Shown one piece after another: positions 1-9,303 of a DNA stretch of 64,000 nucleotides. The notes beneath the pieces were generated by a model. That model was given only the letters and a program-made list of their open reading frames with translations, did no database searches and was not told the origin of the DNA. Source of the DNA: Candidatus Methanomethylophilaceae archaeon (GTDB lineage: Archaea > Thermoplasmatota > Thermoplasmata > Methanomassiliicoccales > Methanomethylophilaceae); NCBI GenBank assembly GCA_050944155.1, contig JBMNQN010000001.1, positions 79,409 to 143,408 on the forward strand. Reading direction: 5' to 3'. Made by a program: the position numbers and the translations under genes. The stretch's first letter is position 1. Every line of letters begins with the position of its first letter.

Positions 1-234
1 CCCATTTACACGTGGGTCTGGTACTTCATAGAAAACACTGCGGTATCGACGATCATCAACGTCCCCTGGGCAGTCGTCAATCTTACCCAGTCCTTCGTAC
101 TCCCCGTATGGATTCTGATATACACTCTGATAAGCATACCCATCGGACAGCTGATCAACAAAATCATAAGATATCTCCTGCTGAGCAGACGCTTGGCGGA
201 ATTGGACGCCGAAGAGCGGCAGGCAACGGTCTGA
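1..234 (+). CDS. C-terminal part of DUF106/EMC3-TMCO1-like membrane protein (5'-truncated by window)
   Basis: Frame 1 reads PIYTWVWYFIEN...LPVWILIYTLISIPIGQLINKIIR...TV* and is hydrophobic. Its TGA overlaps the cmk ATG (TGATG). DUF106 precedes cmk in the conserved archaeal gene order. Confidence 0.7.
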   Translation, partial: PIYTWVWYFIENTAVSTIINVPWAVVNLTQSFVLPVWILIYTLISIPIGQLINKIIRYLLLSRRLAELDAEERQATV

Positions 235-773
235 TGAGAATTACCATCAGCGGTCCTCCCGGTTCCGGCAAGACCACCGCATGCAGAAACCTTTCCGAAG
301 CTTTGGGATACGAAGCCGTGGTTTTCGGCAGTCTGTTCAGGCAGAAGGCGGCGGATATGAACATATCTGTTGCCGAACTTGGAAAGATGGCGGAACAGAA
401 TCCGGAGATAGACAGGGAAATAGACTCTGAAATTCTCAGAATAGCCGAGTCCAACGAAGACATTATTCTGGAATCGAGACTTTCCGCCTATCTCACCAAA
501 AGAAACGGAATCGATGCTTTCAGAATACTCATCCGCGCAAGTCCCGAGGTGCGGGCGGAGCGCATATGCGGCAGGGAATCCTGCGGTTACGATACCGCAT
601 GCACGGAAACCGCCGAACGCGAGAAATCGGAAGCCAAACGGTACATGAAATATTACGGCATAGATTTGGGGGATCTGAGCGTTTACGATCTGATTGTCGA
701 TACCGACAATCTCGCTCCGGAACAGGTTACCGCCGTAATTCTCGGAGCTATAAATGACAGAATGGCTGGTTAA
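234..773 (+). CDS. cmk: Cytidylate kinase (archaeal)
   Basis: MRITISGPPGSGKTT P-loop, IDxEID, ESRLS, YDLIVDT motifs. The real start is ATG 234, not the ORF-track start at 12. Confidence 0.93.
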   Translation: MRITISGPPGSGKTTACRNLSEALGYEAVVFGSLFRQKAADMNISVAELGKMAEQNPEIDREIDSEILRIAESNEDIILESRLSAYLTKRNGIDAFRILIRASPEVRAERICGRESCGYDTACTETAEREKSEAKRYMKYYGIDLGDLSVYDLIVDTDNLAPEQVTAVILGAINDRMAG

Positions 774-1731
774 AGACCCGGACACCCTTCAGGACAGATG
801 GGGTAAAAGACCGTCGGACCGTACCACAGGGGAACTTTTGGAAGCGGGAGTAATAGTTCTGGACAAACCCCGCGGCCCCACTTCCCACCAGGCGGCCGCA
901 TGGGCCAGAGACGCTCTTCATACCGAAAGAATAAGCCACGGAGGGACTCTCGACCCGAAAGTCAGCGGTGTCCTTCCCGTAGTCACGGGAAAGGCGGTGC
1001 GTCTGACGGACGTTCTTCTTTCCTCGGACAAGGAATACGTATGTTCGATGAGGCTCCACGGAGACAGGGACGGTAAGGAAATAAGGAAAGTGTTTTCCGG
1101 GTTCGAAGGTACGATACGGCAGACGCCTCCGGCGCGTTCTTCGGTAAAAAGAAAGCCCAGGACGCGCACCGTAAAGGAATTGGAAATATTGGAAATCGAA
1201 GGCAGGGACGTTCTTTTCAGAGTATCCTGCGATGCCGGGACCTACATACGCACTCTCTGTACGGATATCGGAGATGCGCTGGGATGCGGCGCAAATATGG
1301 CGGAACTGCGGCGCACCCGTTCGGGAAGAATGACCGAAAAAGACGCGGTAAGTCTTCAGGACCTGAGGGACGCATACATGTTCTGGCAGGAAAAAGGAAG
1401 GGAAAACTGGCTGCGCAGTATGGTGAAACCCGTCGAGTATCTTACCGAACCGCTTCCGAAAATAGTAGTCAAGCCGACTGCGGTCGATGCGGTCTGCCAC
1501 GGCGCGGATCTGACCGTTTCGGGAATCCATAAACTGGAAAAGGGAATCAGAAGAAACTCCGTCGCTGCGATGGTCACCGCAAGAGGCGAACTGATCGGAA
1601 TAGGAAAGACGATTATGTCTTCTCCGAAAATCATGGCTTCGGAAAAGGGCACGGCGGTGAAAACCGAAAGGGTAATTATGGAACCGGGACATTATCCCAA
1701 GATGTGGAAATTCTCTACGGATTTACACTGA
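754..1731 (+). CDS. truB: H/ACA-guided/tRNA pseudouridine synthase Cbf5 (TruB family, PUA domain)
   Basis: DKPRGPTSH, HGGTLDPKVSGVL, GTYIRTLC, ELRRTRSG motifs and a C-terminal PUA domain. Confidence 0.96.
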   Translation: MTEWLVKDPDTLQDRWGKRPSDRTTGELLEAGVIVLDKPRGPTSHQAAAWARDALHTERISHGGTLDPKVSGVLPVVTGKAVRLTDVLLSSDKEYVCSMRLHGDRDGKEIRKVFSGFEGTIRQTPPARSSVKRKPRTRTVKELEILEIEGRDVLFRVSCDAGTYIRTLCTDIGDALGCGANMAELRRTRSGRMTEKDAVSLQDLRDAYMFWQEKGRENWLRSMVKPVEYLTEPLPKIVVKPTAVDAVCHGADLTVSGIHKLEKGIRRNSVAAMVTARGELIGIGKTIMSSPKIMASEKGTAVKTERVIMEPGHYPKMWKFSTDLH

Positions 1732-1778
1732 GAACCCAAAATCTAATAACGACCAACGGTTAAGGTCAGAGAGATAAA

Positions 1779-2117
1779 ATGGCATTGTTTTCCGGAAAAA
1801 AGACCGTGTTCGGACCCGAGGTTATTTCGGTGGGAGAATTCGATCCCGAAGCCGATGGAGGGTACAGGAACGTAATCTGCACCCGGATCGAAGTAAAACC
1901 CAAACGTCATCTTTTCGTAAAAGTGAAGTCGGATTTCCCGGTGGACCTGGCTGTGCTGAATCAGCGCGGACAGCCCATAGGTCACAAAGACGGAGTGACC
2001 GATTACACCCTGGGACCGATTTCCACCGAGGACTGGACGGAAATGGGATTCATTCTGGGTCTGTTCAGAGGGGACAAGGCTAAGGCGGAAGTCGAAGCCT
2101 GGATGGAGAGGAAATGA
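1779..2117 (+). CDS. Hypothetical protein (beta-rich, 112 aa)
   Basis: Clean ORF with genome-like codon usage; ATGA overlap with the next gene. Confidence 0.75.
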   Translation: MALFSGKKTVFGPEVISVGEFDPEADGGYRNVICTRIEVKPKRHLFVKVKSDFPVDLAVLNQRGQPIGHKDGVTDYTLGPISTEDWTEMGFILGLFRGDKAKAEVEAWMERK

Positions 2118-3253
2118 AACACAAACTGGAGAAGGGGAACAAAGGAGCGTTTTGGTCCACCAGAATGTCGTCCGAACTGAGTCTCGTCAGGAAGTCCGAC
2201 AGGAACATCGTTCTTCTAACCGTCATATCTCTCATTCCGTGCATCATTGCTTATTATTTTCTTTCGGAGACGGGAAAGTACGGTACGTACGATCTGATTC
2301 CGATTCTGACTATGCCTCTGTTCTTCGCCGGAGTTCTGGTGTACGTGGGACAGAAGAGATGGAAGCAGTTTCTCGTAATATTGGTGATAACCGCGGTTCT
2401 GGCCGTACTTTGGTATCTGGAATATGTGGACATTTCCGTAACGGTTCTGTTTTTCGTTATGTTCATACTCATAGGAGCCACGGGAGTGGTTTTCCTCGCC
2501 GAAGCGATTCAGAGGGCAATATTCTACCGGGTCGTGCATTCCATCGAGTACATGAACGTGAAGAAAAAACTGTCTCTCTGGGACAAGTCGGTCGCCTTCT
2601 TGTTCAACGTACCCGACGACCTGGATACGCGCAACATAACCATGAATTACAATCTGCAGAGAACGTCCATACCCTGGAAGGAAATGATGCAGACGATAAT
2701 GACCGCTCTGATGCTGGGTATGTTCATTTGGATTTACGTTTCCATGAATCCGTCCTTCATGCAGACGAAAATCATAGACTCGATACCGGTCTTTATGTTC
2801 TCTCTGATTCTGATCATACCCCTCTTAGTTCTTCCGCTGACGATATTCAAATCTCTGGACGTGAGGGTGGAAACCAATTACCGTGCGTTCCGCATTCACA
2901 ACGGGGCCATGGAAACCCTGAAGAGAATGGCCCTGCCCATAATGGCAGCGCTGTTTTTCGTTCTTCTGGCTATTAACAAATCCGACCCGCTCAGAGTGCT
3001 GACGTTCATAGGGATATCCGCGTTGGCCATAATTTTCGTCGTGGGATACACCTGCATATTCTTCTACACAACCAACGAAAGGGAAATCGTTTCCGATATC
3101 GTGGCCAAGTGGAAGATATTCCGTCCCGTTCCGATTTTCGCCGGATTGGAGGAGGAAAGGGGAAAACAAGCTCCCGCTATGGACGGACTGCCGGGAACCC
3201 CGGTAAGAGACAGAACCGATTTCGGAGAGCTGATTTTACCGCCGTTAAGGTAA
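2114..3253 (+). CDS. Multi-pass membrane protein of unknown function
   Basis: 379 aa with about 8 hydrophobic segments; translationally coupled to the upstream ORF. Confidence 0.8.
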   Translation: MKHKLEKGNKGAFWSTRMSSELSLVRKSDRNIVLLTVISLIPCIIAYYFLSETGKYGTYDLIPILTMPLFFAGVLVYVGQKRWKQFLVILVITAVLAVLWYLEYVDISVTVLFFVMFILIGATGVVFLAEAIQRAIFYRVVHSIEYMNVKKKLSLWDKSVAFLFNVPDDLDTRNITMNYNLQRTSIPWKEMMQTIMTALMLGMFIWIYVSMNPSFMQTKIIDSIPVFMFSLILIIPLLVLPLTIFKSLDVRVETNYRAFRIHNGAMETLKRMALPIMAALFFVLLAINKSDPLRVLTFIGISALAIIFVVGYTCIFFYTTNEREIVSDIVAKWKIFRPVPIFAGLEEERGKQAPAMDGLPGTPVRDRTDFGELILPPLR

Positions 3254-3685
3254 TCAGAGGAATTTCGGGTTGGCCCTTCCCGGAGACGAAAGGGATTCGA
3301 AAATCGGTATGAAAACCTGACCGGAACTGTACCCTTCGGTTTTGTTCAGACCAATGAGTTCGGGTTCTTTCTGATTGGTTATTATGATTTTGTATCTCTG
3401 TTCGACGTTGTCGGCGGTTATGAACGGGGCTTCGTACGCGGTCGCAATTTCAAGAGCAACTTCGGCGGCGTCCTGGATTTCTTCGGGAGTCATGCTGTCC
3501 GGCACGGTCACTATGAAAGAGCATTCTTCGGTTTCTCCGTTGATCATGAAACTGATTTCGGATTCGCTGATGCATTTTCTGAAGAATTCGGCCTTTTCGC
3601 CGTCTCCGGCCGATTCGCACATTTTTTCCGCAAAAACACTCGGAATGTCCAAATAAATCGCTTCTTTACCGAGAATTTTCCACAT
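3254..3685 (-). CDS. Hypothetical acidic protein
   Basis: ORF from MWKILGKEAIYLD; AT-rich promoter-like stretch upstream; divergent from trpS. Confidence 0.65.
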   Translation of the reverse strand: MWKILGKEAIYLDIPSVFAEKMCESAGDGEKAEFFRKCISESEISFMINGETEECSFIVTVPDSMTPEEIQDAAEVALEIATAYEAPFITADNVEQRYKIIITNQKEPELIGLNKTEGYSSGQVFIPIFESLSSPGRANPKFL

Positions 3686-3801
3686 GATATCCGATTCGCA
3701 AACATATAGATAAGAGGTTCGTTTCCGTTGGTCTGGAAAAATATTCCCGCGGCATGACGGAAAGATTAAAACCGTTGTGATGGGTGAAGGTTGCGTTCGC
3801 A

Positions 3802-4932
3802 ATGGCAGAGGATTTTACGGTTACGCCCTGGGAAGTGACGGGGGATATTGATTACGATTTGCTCCAGAAGCGTTTCGGAACCGTTCCCATAGACGATTCG
3901 TTGCTTTCCCGCATTTCCGGATACGGCGGAATACATCCGATGCTCAGACGCGGAATATTCTATTCCCACAGGGATCTTAAAACCGTTTTGGACGAGTACG
4001 ACAAGGGAAACAAATTCGTACTGTATACGGGGAGAGGTCCCTCCGGAAATACACATCTGGGTCATATCATGCCCTGGATTTTCAACAAGTGGGTCCAGGA
4101 TGTTTTCGGATGCGAAATGCTGTTTCAGATCACGGACGACGAAAAGTTCCTTTTCAAGGATATGACCCTCGAAGACACCAAGAGAATGGCTTACGAAAAC
4201 GCTTTGGATTTCGCCGCTCTGGGTTTCGATCCGGAGAAGACGAAAATTCTCCTGGATACGGAAAACATACGGACGCTGTATCCAATCGCTCTCAAGGTAT
4301 CGAAAAAGACCACTTTCTCCACGGCCAAAGCCGTTTTCGGATTCGATAATTCCACCAACATAGGTTCGATATTTTTCACTTCGATTCAGGCCGCGCCCGC
4401 CTTCCTTCCCACGGAAATGGCGGGAAAACCGGTGCCCTGTCTCATTCCCTGCGGAATAGACCAGGACCCTCACTTCAGGGTTGCCAGGGATGCGGCTCCG
4501 GGACTGGGATATCCGAAACCCGCCATGATTTACTGCAAAATGTTCCCCGGACTGAGCGGCGGAGGAAAGATGTCCTCTTCCGACGAAAATTCCACGATAT
4601 ACACTACCGACGATGCGAAAACCGTGAAAAAGAAAATCGGGAGAGCGTTCACCGGAGGCTGCGTTTCCGTGGAAGAGCAGAGACAGAAAGGGGGAAATCC
4701 CGAAGTCTGCGCGGTTTTCGATTACTTTTATTTCATGTTCGAGGAAGACGATTCGAAACTCAACGAACTGGCCGAAAGATGCAGATCCGGAGGGATACTG
4801 TGCGGCGAATGCAAGGCCAGACTCACGTCGAAAATCAACGTATTTCTTGCGGACCATCAGGCCAAGCGCGAGAAAGCCGCTGATGCGGTGGAAAAGATGG
4901 CCTGCGGCTTCGAATGGAAGAGGAACGATTGA
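3802..4932 (+). CDS. trpS: Tryptophan--tRNA ligase
   Basis: FTVTPWEV, YTGRGPS..HLGH, CGIDQDPHFR and KMSSS motifs. Confidence 0.97.
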   Translation: MAEDFTVTPWEVTGDIDYDLLQKRFGTVPIDDSLLSRISGYGGIHPMLRRGIFYSHRDLKTVLDEYDKGNKFVLYTGRGPSGNTHLGHIMPWIFNKWVQDVFGCEMLFQITDDEKFLFKDMTLEDTKRMAYENALDFAALGFDPEKTKILLDTENIRTLYPIALKVSKKTTFSTAKAVFGFDNSTNIGSIFFTSIQAAPAFLPTEMAGKPVPCLIPCGIDQDPHFRVARDAAPGLGYPKPAMIYCKMFPGLSGGGKMSSSDENSTIYTTDDAKTVKKKIGRAFTGGCVSVEEQRQKGGNPEVCAVFDYFYFMFEEDDSKLNELAERCRSGGILCGECKARLTSKINVFLADHQAKREKAADAVEKMACGFEWKRND

Positions 4933-6429
4933 ATGGATATCAGCTACAACGAAACAAAACTGCTTCTGGCACTTAACAAAAACGGTAAGAGAATTTCACC
5001 CGAGGAATTGATTTCGGAAGGAATTTTCTCGCTGGAAGTGGAGGTGATGGGTGCCGCTTCATGGCTGGAATCCAAGGGATTGGCTTCGGTCGAAGAAGAA
5101 ACCGAAGTGTATTACGAACTTGCCGACCGTTCCGCGGTCGAAGACGGTCTCCCCGAGAGGAAAGCAATCGAAGCTATTGCCGCCGCGGGGGGCAGAATGG
5201 ATATGTCCGACCTTGCCGAAGCCGTTCCGGGGGAGGACAGAATCGCCGTGGGATGGCTTAAAAGAAAAGGTCTCGCCGACATATCCTCCGAGAACGGAAA
5301 AAAAGTTCTGGCACTTACCGAAAAAGGACTTTCCTCGACAGGAAAGAAAATGCCGATAGAGGAATTTCTGGAAAAGATGGCCTCCTCTCCCGTTAAGAGT
5401 TCGGACGCTCCTTCCGAATTCATAAAAGAGCTGAAGGGAAGAGGCGGAATAATCAAAGAATCCCCGTCTGTCCGCAGAACCGTATCCATAACCGAAGAGG
5501 GAAAACGCATTGCGTCTTCCGGACTGGAACTCAAAAAGGAGATAACGGACATAACAGACCGCATAATCCAGAGCGGAGAATGGCGCGACGCGGAGTTCCG
5601 GAGATACGACGTAAAGACGTTTGCTCCCTCCGTGTACCCGGCGAAAAGGAGTCCGATAACGAGGCTGAGCGATCAGATCGGCAGAATGCTTCTGGATATG
5701 GGCTTCACGGAAATGTCGTCCGAATACGTCCAGCCCTCTTTCTGGAATATGGACGTTCTTTTCACCCCTCAGGACCATCCCGCGAGAGATCTTCAGGATA
5801 CTTTCTACCTCGAGCACCCCGCTTCCATCAAAGAGGAAAACGAAGAATTGGTGGAAAAAATCAAAAATCTCCATGAAAACGGAGGAGATGCCGGTTCGAC
5901 GGGATGGGGCGGAAAATGGTCCAGAGAATTTTCGGAATCCGCCATACTGAGGACGCACAGCACGGTCAGCAGCATCCGCTACATAGCCGAACATCCCGAT
6001 GCTCCCTGTAAGGCATTTTCGATATCCAGGATATTCAGGAAAGAATCCGTGGATTCCACCCATCTTCCCGAGTTTACTCAGATTGAAGGCATAGTCATAG
6101 ACGAAAACGGAAACTTCGACATGCTCATCTCCCTGATCCGCGAATTCTATTCGAGGATGGGATTCGATCAGATTAGGATAAGACCCGCTTACTTCCCGTA
6201 CACGGAACCTTCCCTGGAACTCGAAGTGTTCTTCAACGGAAAATGGATGGAACTCGGCGGGGCGGGCATATTCAGACCGGAGGTCGTGGAGCCCTTCGGA
6301 GTGAAGTATCCAGTTCTCGCATGGGGCTTCGGATTCGAAAGACTGGCTATGCTGAAATGGAACATAAGCGACATCAGAGACCTTTACATATCCGATATCG
6401 ACGTTCTCAAAGAAAGCAGAGTCTTATAA
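4933..6429 (+). CDS. pheS: Phenylalanine--tRNA ligase alpha subunit (archaeal long form)
   Basis: FWNMDVLFTPQDHPARDLQDTF, THLPEFTQIEG, YFPYTEPS and WGFGFERL motifs. Confidence 0.97.
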   Translation: MDISYNETKLLLALNKNGKRISPEELISEGIFSLEVEVMGAASWLESKGLASVEEETEVYYELADRSAVEDGLPERKAIEAIAAAGGRMDMSDLAEAVPGEDRIAVGWLKRKGLADISSENGKKVLALTEKGLSSTGKKMPIEEFLEKMASSPVKSSDAPSEFIKELKGRGGIIKESPSVRRTVSITEEGKRIASSGLELKKEITDITDRIIQSGEWRDAEFRRYDVKTFAPSVYPAKRSPITRLSDQIGRMLLDMGFTEMSSEYVQPSFWNMDVLFTPQDHPARDLQDTFYLEHPASIKEENEELVEKIKNLHENGGDAGSTGWGGKWSREFSESAILRTHSTVSSIRYIAEHPDAPCKAFSISRIFRKESVDSTHLPEFTQIEGIVIDENGNFDMLISLIREFYSRMGFDQIRIRPAYFPYTEPSLELEVFFNGKWMELGGAGIFRPEVVEPFGVKYPVLAWGFGFERLAMLKWNISDIRDLYISDIDVLKESRVL

Positions 6430-7644
6430 GTCGAAGACGGCGGGTTTCCCGTTCTTTACCTGTTTGTAAAGGAGCTCTATGGTTTCCCTGCGGGATTCGT
6501 TGCGACTGGATCTCAGAGCCTTTCCGAGACGGCTCATACACTCGTCTTTTTCTCCTCTGGCATATGCTATTCCGGCGCGCATGAGCTGTATTTCGTCGAA
6601 ACGGGATACGTCTCCGGATTCGGTGAAACGTGCAACCGCGTCCGAAAGCGCTTTGTCTGCTTTTTCGTATTCTCCGATTGTGTACAGGGCTCTGCCCATG
6701 AGCATGGCGGCTCTGGCGGTTCTCTTTTCCGAGTAGATTTTCTTCGCGTCGGACAGGGCACCCTCCGCGTCTTTTTTGATAAGTTTGATTTCCGCGCGTA
6801 TTATTTCGGGTTCGGAAGAACCTAATTTTTCTAGTTCTTTCGCGCACTTTTCCGCATATTCCCAATCGCCGCAGGCTACGGCTATTTCGGACTTTATGCT
6901 GAGCAGGGCTTCGGCGCTGTCCCCCGTTTCCGGTATTGTTTTGACTATTTCCAAAAGGTCGTCGTTGTGATTTTCCAGAAATTCTTCGGATTTCCTAATC
7001 AGCATCTTTCTGGCTTCGGTCATCCTTCCCGCCGCAGAGAGGTGGTAAAGTCTTTCCTGAATGTCCCCTCCGTTGTCCATCCACCAGTCGGCGGCGGCGC
7101 TGTTCCATCTGCGTACCGACTCTTCGTCAACGGCTTTAAGATAGTTTTTCTTGACTTCCGCGGACAGCGTAACGGTGCCGTCATGGGCGCACGGAATCAC
7201 TCCGGATTCGGTAACCGGCAGGGATTTTTTGTTAACGGGTACTCTTATGGCGCACACGAGTCCCAGTGCTTCCCTGTCGTAATGGGACAGTTTGTCCCAC
7301 ATGAGCGCCGGGTCGCAGCGTCTCATATCCAATACGGTTTCCACCGGAACTCCCGCTTCTTTGAATTTCTGCTTCAGATGTTCCGCTTCTGTCTTGCCTT
7401 CCGGTTCCAGATAGTAAACTCTGCGTCTGATTCCGGAACCTATAACATGAACCTGATTTTCCTTGACCTTTCCGGTCTGTCTGAGTTTTTTCAGTTCGAG
7501 GGAAGCGTGGGCCCTGGATATTCCGACCGAGGAAGCTATGCCGTCCTGGGTCAGATCGAAAGGAAGATTGTAGACCTCGTCCTCGTCTATCATTTTGAAT
7601 CGGTCGAGGTGAAGAAGAATTCTTTCGCGTATGGTAACGTCCAT
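6424..7644 (-). CDS. Winged-HTH plus TPR-repeat putative transcriptional regulator
   Basis: N-terminal LTQDGIASSVGISRAHASLELKKL HTH followed by helical TPR-like repeats. Confidence 0.75.
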   Translation of the reverse strand: MDVTIRERILLHLDRFKMIDEDEVYNLPFDLTQDGIASSVGISRAHASLELKKLRQTGKVKENQVHVIGSGIRRRVYYLEPEGKTEAEHLKQKFKEAGVPVETVLDMRRCDPALMWDKLSHYDREALGLVCAIRVPVNKKSLPVTESGVIPCAHDGTVTLSAEVKKNYLKAVDEESVRRWNSAAADWWMDNGGDIQERLYHLSAAGRMTEARKMLIRKSEEFLENHNDDLLEIVKTIPETGDSAEALLSIKSEIAVACGDWEYAEKCAKELEKLGSSEPEIIRAEIKLIKKDAEGALSDAKKIYSEKRTARAAMLMGRALYTIGEYEKADKALSDAVARFTESGDVSRFDEIQLMRAGIAYARGEKDECMSRLGKALRSSRNESRRETIELLYKQVKNGKPAVFDL

Positions 7645-7730
7645 GATGCTTCGTCATAACTTAATGCGTTAATATTTCTTTACTCGCTTCAAGAAAACTA
7701 TCTAGTAGGGCGCGATGCACTACCGGTTTT

Positions 7731-8567
7731 ATGGAAAGGCTTCTGATCTGTACAGAATCCGACCCGCCATCGGTCAATATGAGGGATTCTCTCGAGGAAC
7801 TCGGAGAGTGGGAACCGATCGGTTCGAAAGACGGAACATCCGTGGTCCGCTGCGGCAGCGATTACATAATGTCTTCCAAGCGCTGGCACGTGGAATTCGA
7901 AGACGTCCTGGAGGTTGCGGGAAGATTCGGAGTGCATCCCGATCTGACAGTTTTCATGTCCCGTCATTCTTCGGAAAGTAAAAAACCCGTGCTCACCGTG
8001 CATCCGATAGGAAACTATCATGGAAACGATTTGGGAGGAAAAGAAAAAACTCTGGTAAAATCCGCGCCCGCGCCCATGAGCGCCGCGCTAAGAAGCATAA
8101 GCGCCCTGAACGACATAGAAAATATGGACGTTTCTTTCGAAGTCACCCATCACGGACCGTGGCTGGACTGTCCCGTATTCTTTATCGAGGTCGGAAGCGG
8201 AGTTCCCCAATGGGGCAATAAACATGCCGCAGAAATTCTGGCACTGGCTCTTATGAATTACAAAGAAGAAAACTATCCCGTTGCCGTGGGTGTGGGCGGA
8301 GGCCATTACGCACCGAGATTCACCGAAGCGGTTCTCGGGCGCAAAGTCGACATAGGCCACATGATTCCCAACTATCAGCTGGACGGAAGGGACAGGGAGG
8401 ACATAGCCAGAATGATGCGCGAAGCCTGTTCCGCATCCGATACGAAAACCATTCTGTTGCACAGAAAATCCATGAAAGGCGTGTGTGCGGCCGAAATAAA
8501 AGAAATAGCGGAATCCGAAGGATTCGAAGTCGCGAGCTCTTCGGATTTCGAAGAACTGGGTCAGTGA
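7731..8567 (+). CDS. dtdA: D-aminoacyl-tRNA deacylase (archaeal Dtd2)
   Basis: SRHSSES, LTVHPIGN, FEVTHHGP, FIEVGS and GGGHYAPRF motifs. Confidence 0.93.
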   Translation: MERLLICTESDPPSVNMRDSLEELGEWEPIGSKDGTSVVRCGSDYIMSSKRWHVEFEDVLEVAGRFGVHPDLTVFMSRHSSESKKPVLTVHPIGNYHGNDLGGKEKTLVKSAPAPMSAALRSISALNDIENMDVSFEVTHHGPWLDCPVFFIEVGSGVPQWGNKHAAEILALALMNYKEENYPVAVGVGGGHYAPRFTEAVLGRKVDIGHMIPNYQLDGRDREDIARMMREACSASDTKTILLHRKSMKGVCAAEIKEIAESEGFEVASSSDFEELGQ

Positions 8568-9244
8568 GACCTGACGACGGTTCCTTTTATTTTCTCTCCC
8601 AGTATCGCCGATTTCAGATCGTTAAGGTCGCGCCCGTAAACCACGTAGATATCTATGCGGCTTTCTTTCGCAACCTGAACTCCCAGAGGATCGAAAACTC
8701 CGGATCTGGAAGCTCTGTGTCTTCCGTACACCAGTTCTTCGAGTCTGTCGATGGTTATTTCGGAATACCTTTCGGCGTGTCCGTTTGCCCTCGGGTCGTC
8801 GGAATATACCGCATCCACCGAAGTGGCGTTTATTATGCGGTCGGCTTTGACCTCTCTTGCAAGCAGCGCCGTAACTCCGTCCGTGGTGTGTCCAGGTTCG
8901 GTTCCTCCCATGACAACGATTTTTCCTTTTCCGCCTTTTTTCGCGGCCTCTTCAACCGTTAACGGAATATCGGGATAGCACCAATCTCCGAGAGCAAGAC
9001 CCAGAAGTCCCGCGTTCATGCGGGTGGCCCCTATGCCGAGCAGATCCATCTGATCTACGGTACCGCCCAGTTCGGCTGCGACGGAGGCGTAATATCTTGC
9101 GGTTTTGCCCCCTCCGCACACTACATAAATCTGGACCTTGTCCGCAAGGTCTTTCAGCATTCCGGCCAGACGTTTTATGTAAGAGCCGTCGTCGTCCCCC
9201 GGAATAAGGACCGAGCCGCCTATGGAGATTACGATTTTTTCCGT
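8561..9244 (-). CDS. pyrH: UMP kinase (probable non-canonical ACG start)
   Basis: KIVISIGGSVL, VCGGGKTAR, GGTEPGHTTD and DAVYSDDP motifs. No in-frame ATG/GTG/TTG before the first motif outside the prf1 ORF; SD-like GGTGGT lies 3 nt before ACG. Confidence 0.92.
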   Translation of the reverse strand, partial: TEKIVISIGGSVLIPGDDDGSYIKRLAGMLKDLADKVQIYVVCGGGKTARYYASVAAELGGTVDQMDLLGIGATRMNAGLLGLALGDWCYPDIPLTVEEAAKKGGKGKIVVMGGTEPGHTTDGVTALLAREVKADRIINATSVDAVYSDDPRANGHAERYSEITIDRLEELVYGRHRASRSGVFDPLGVQVAKESRIDIYVVYGRDLNDLKSAILGEKIKGTVVRSH

Positions 9245-9303
9245 GATACCACCAATACTTATATTACGGAGGCTGACTTGACATAAAAATATTAGGTGCG
9301 CAG

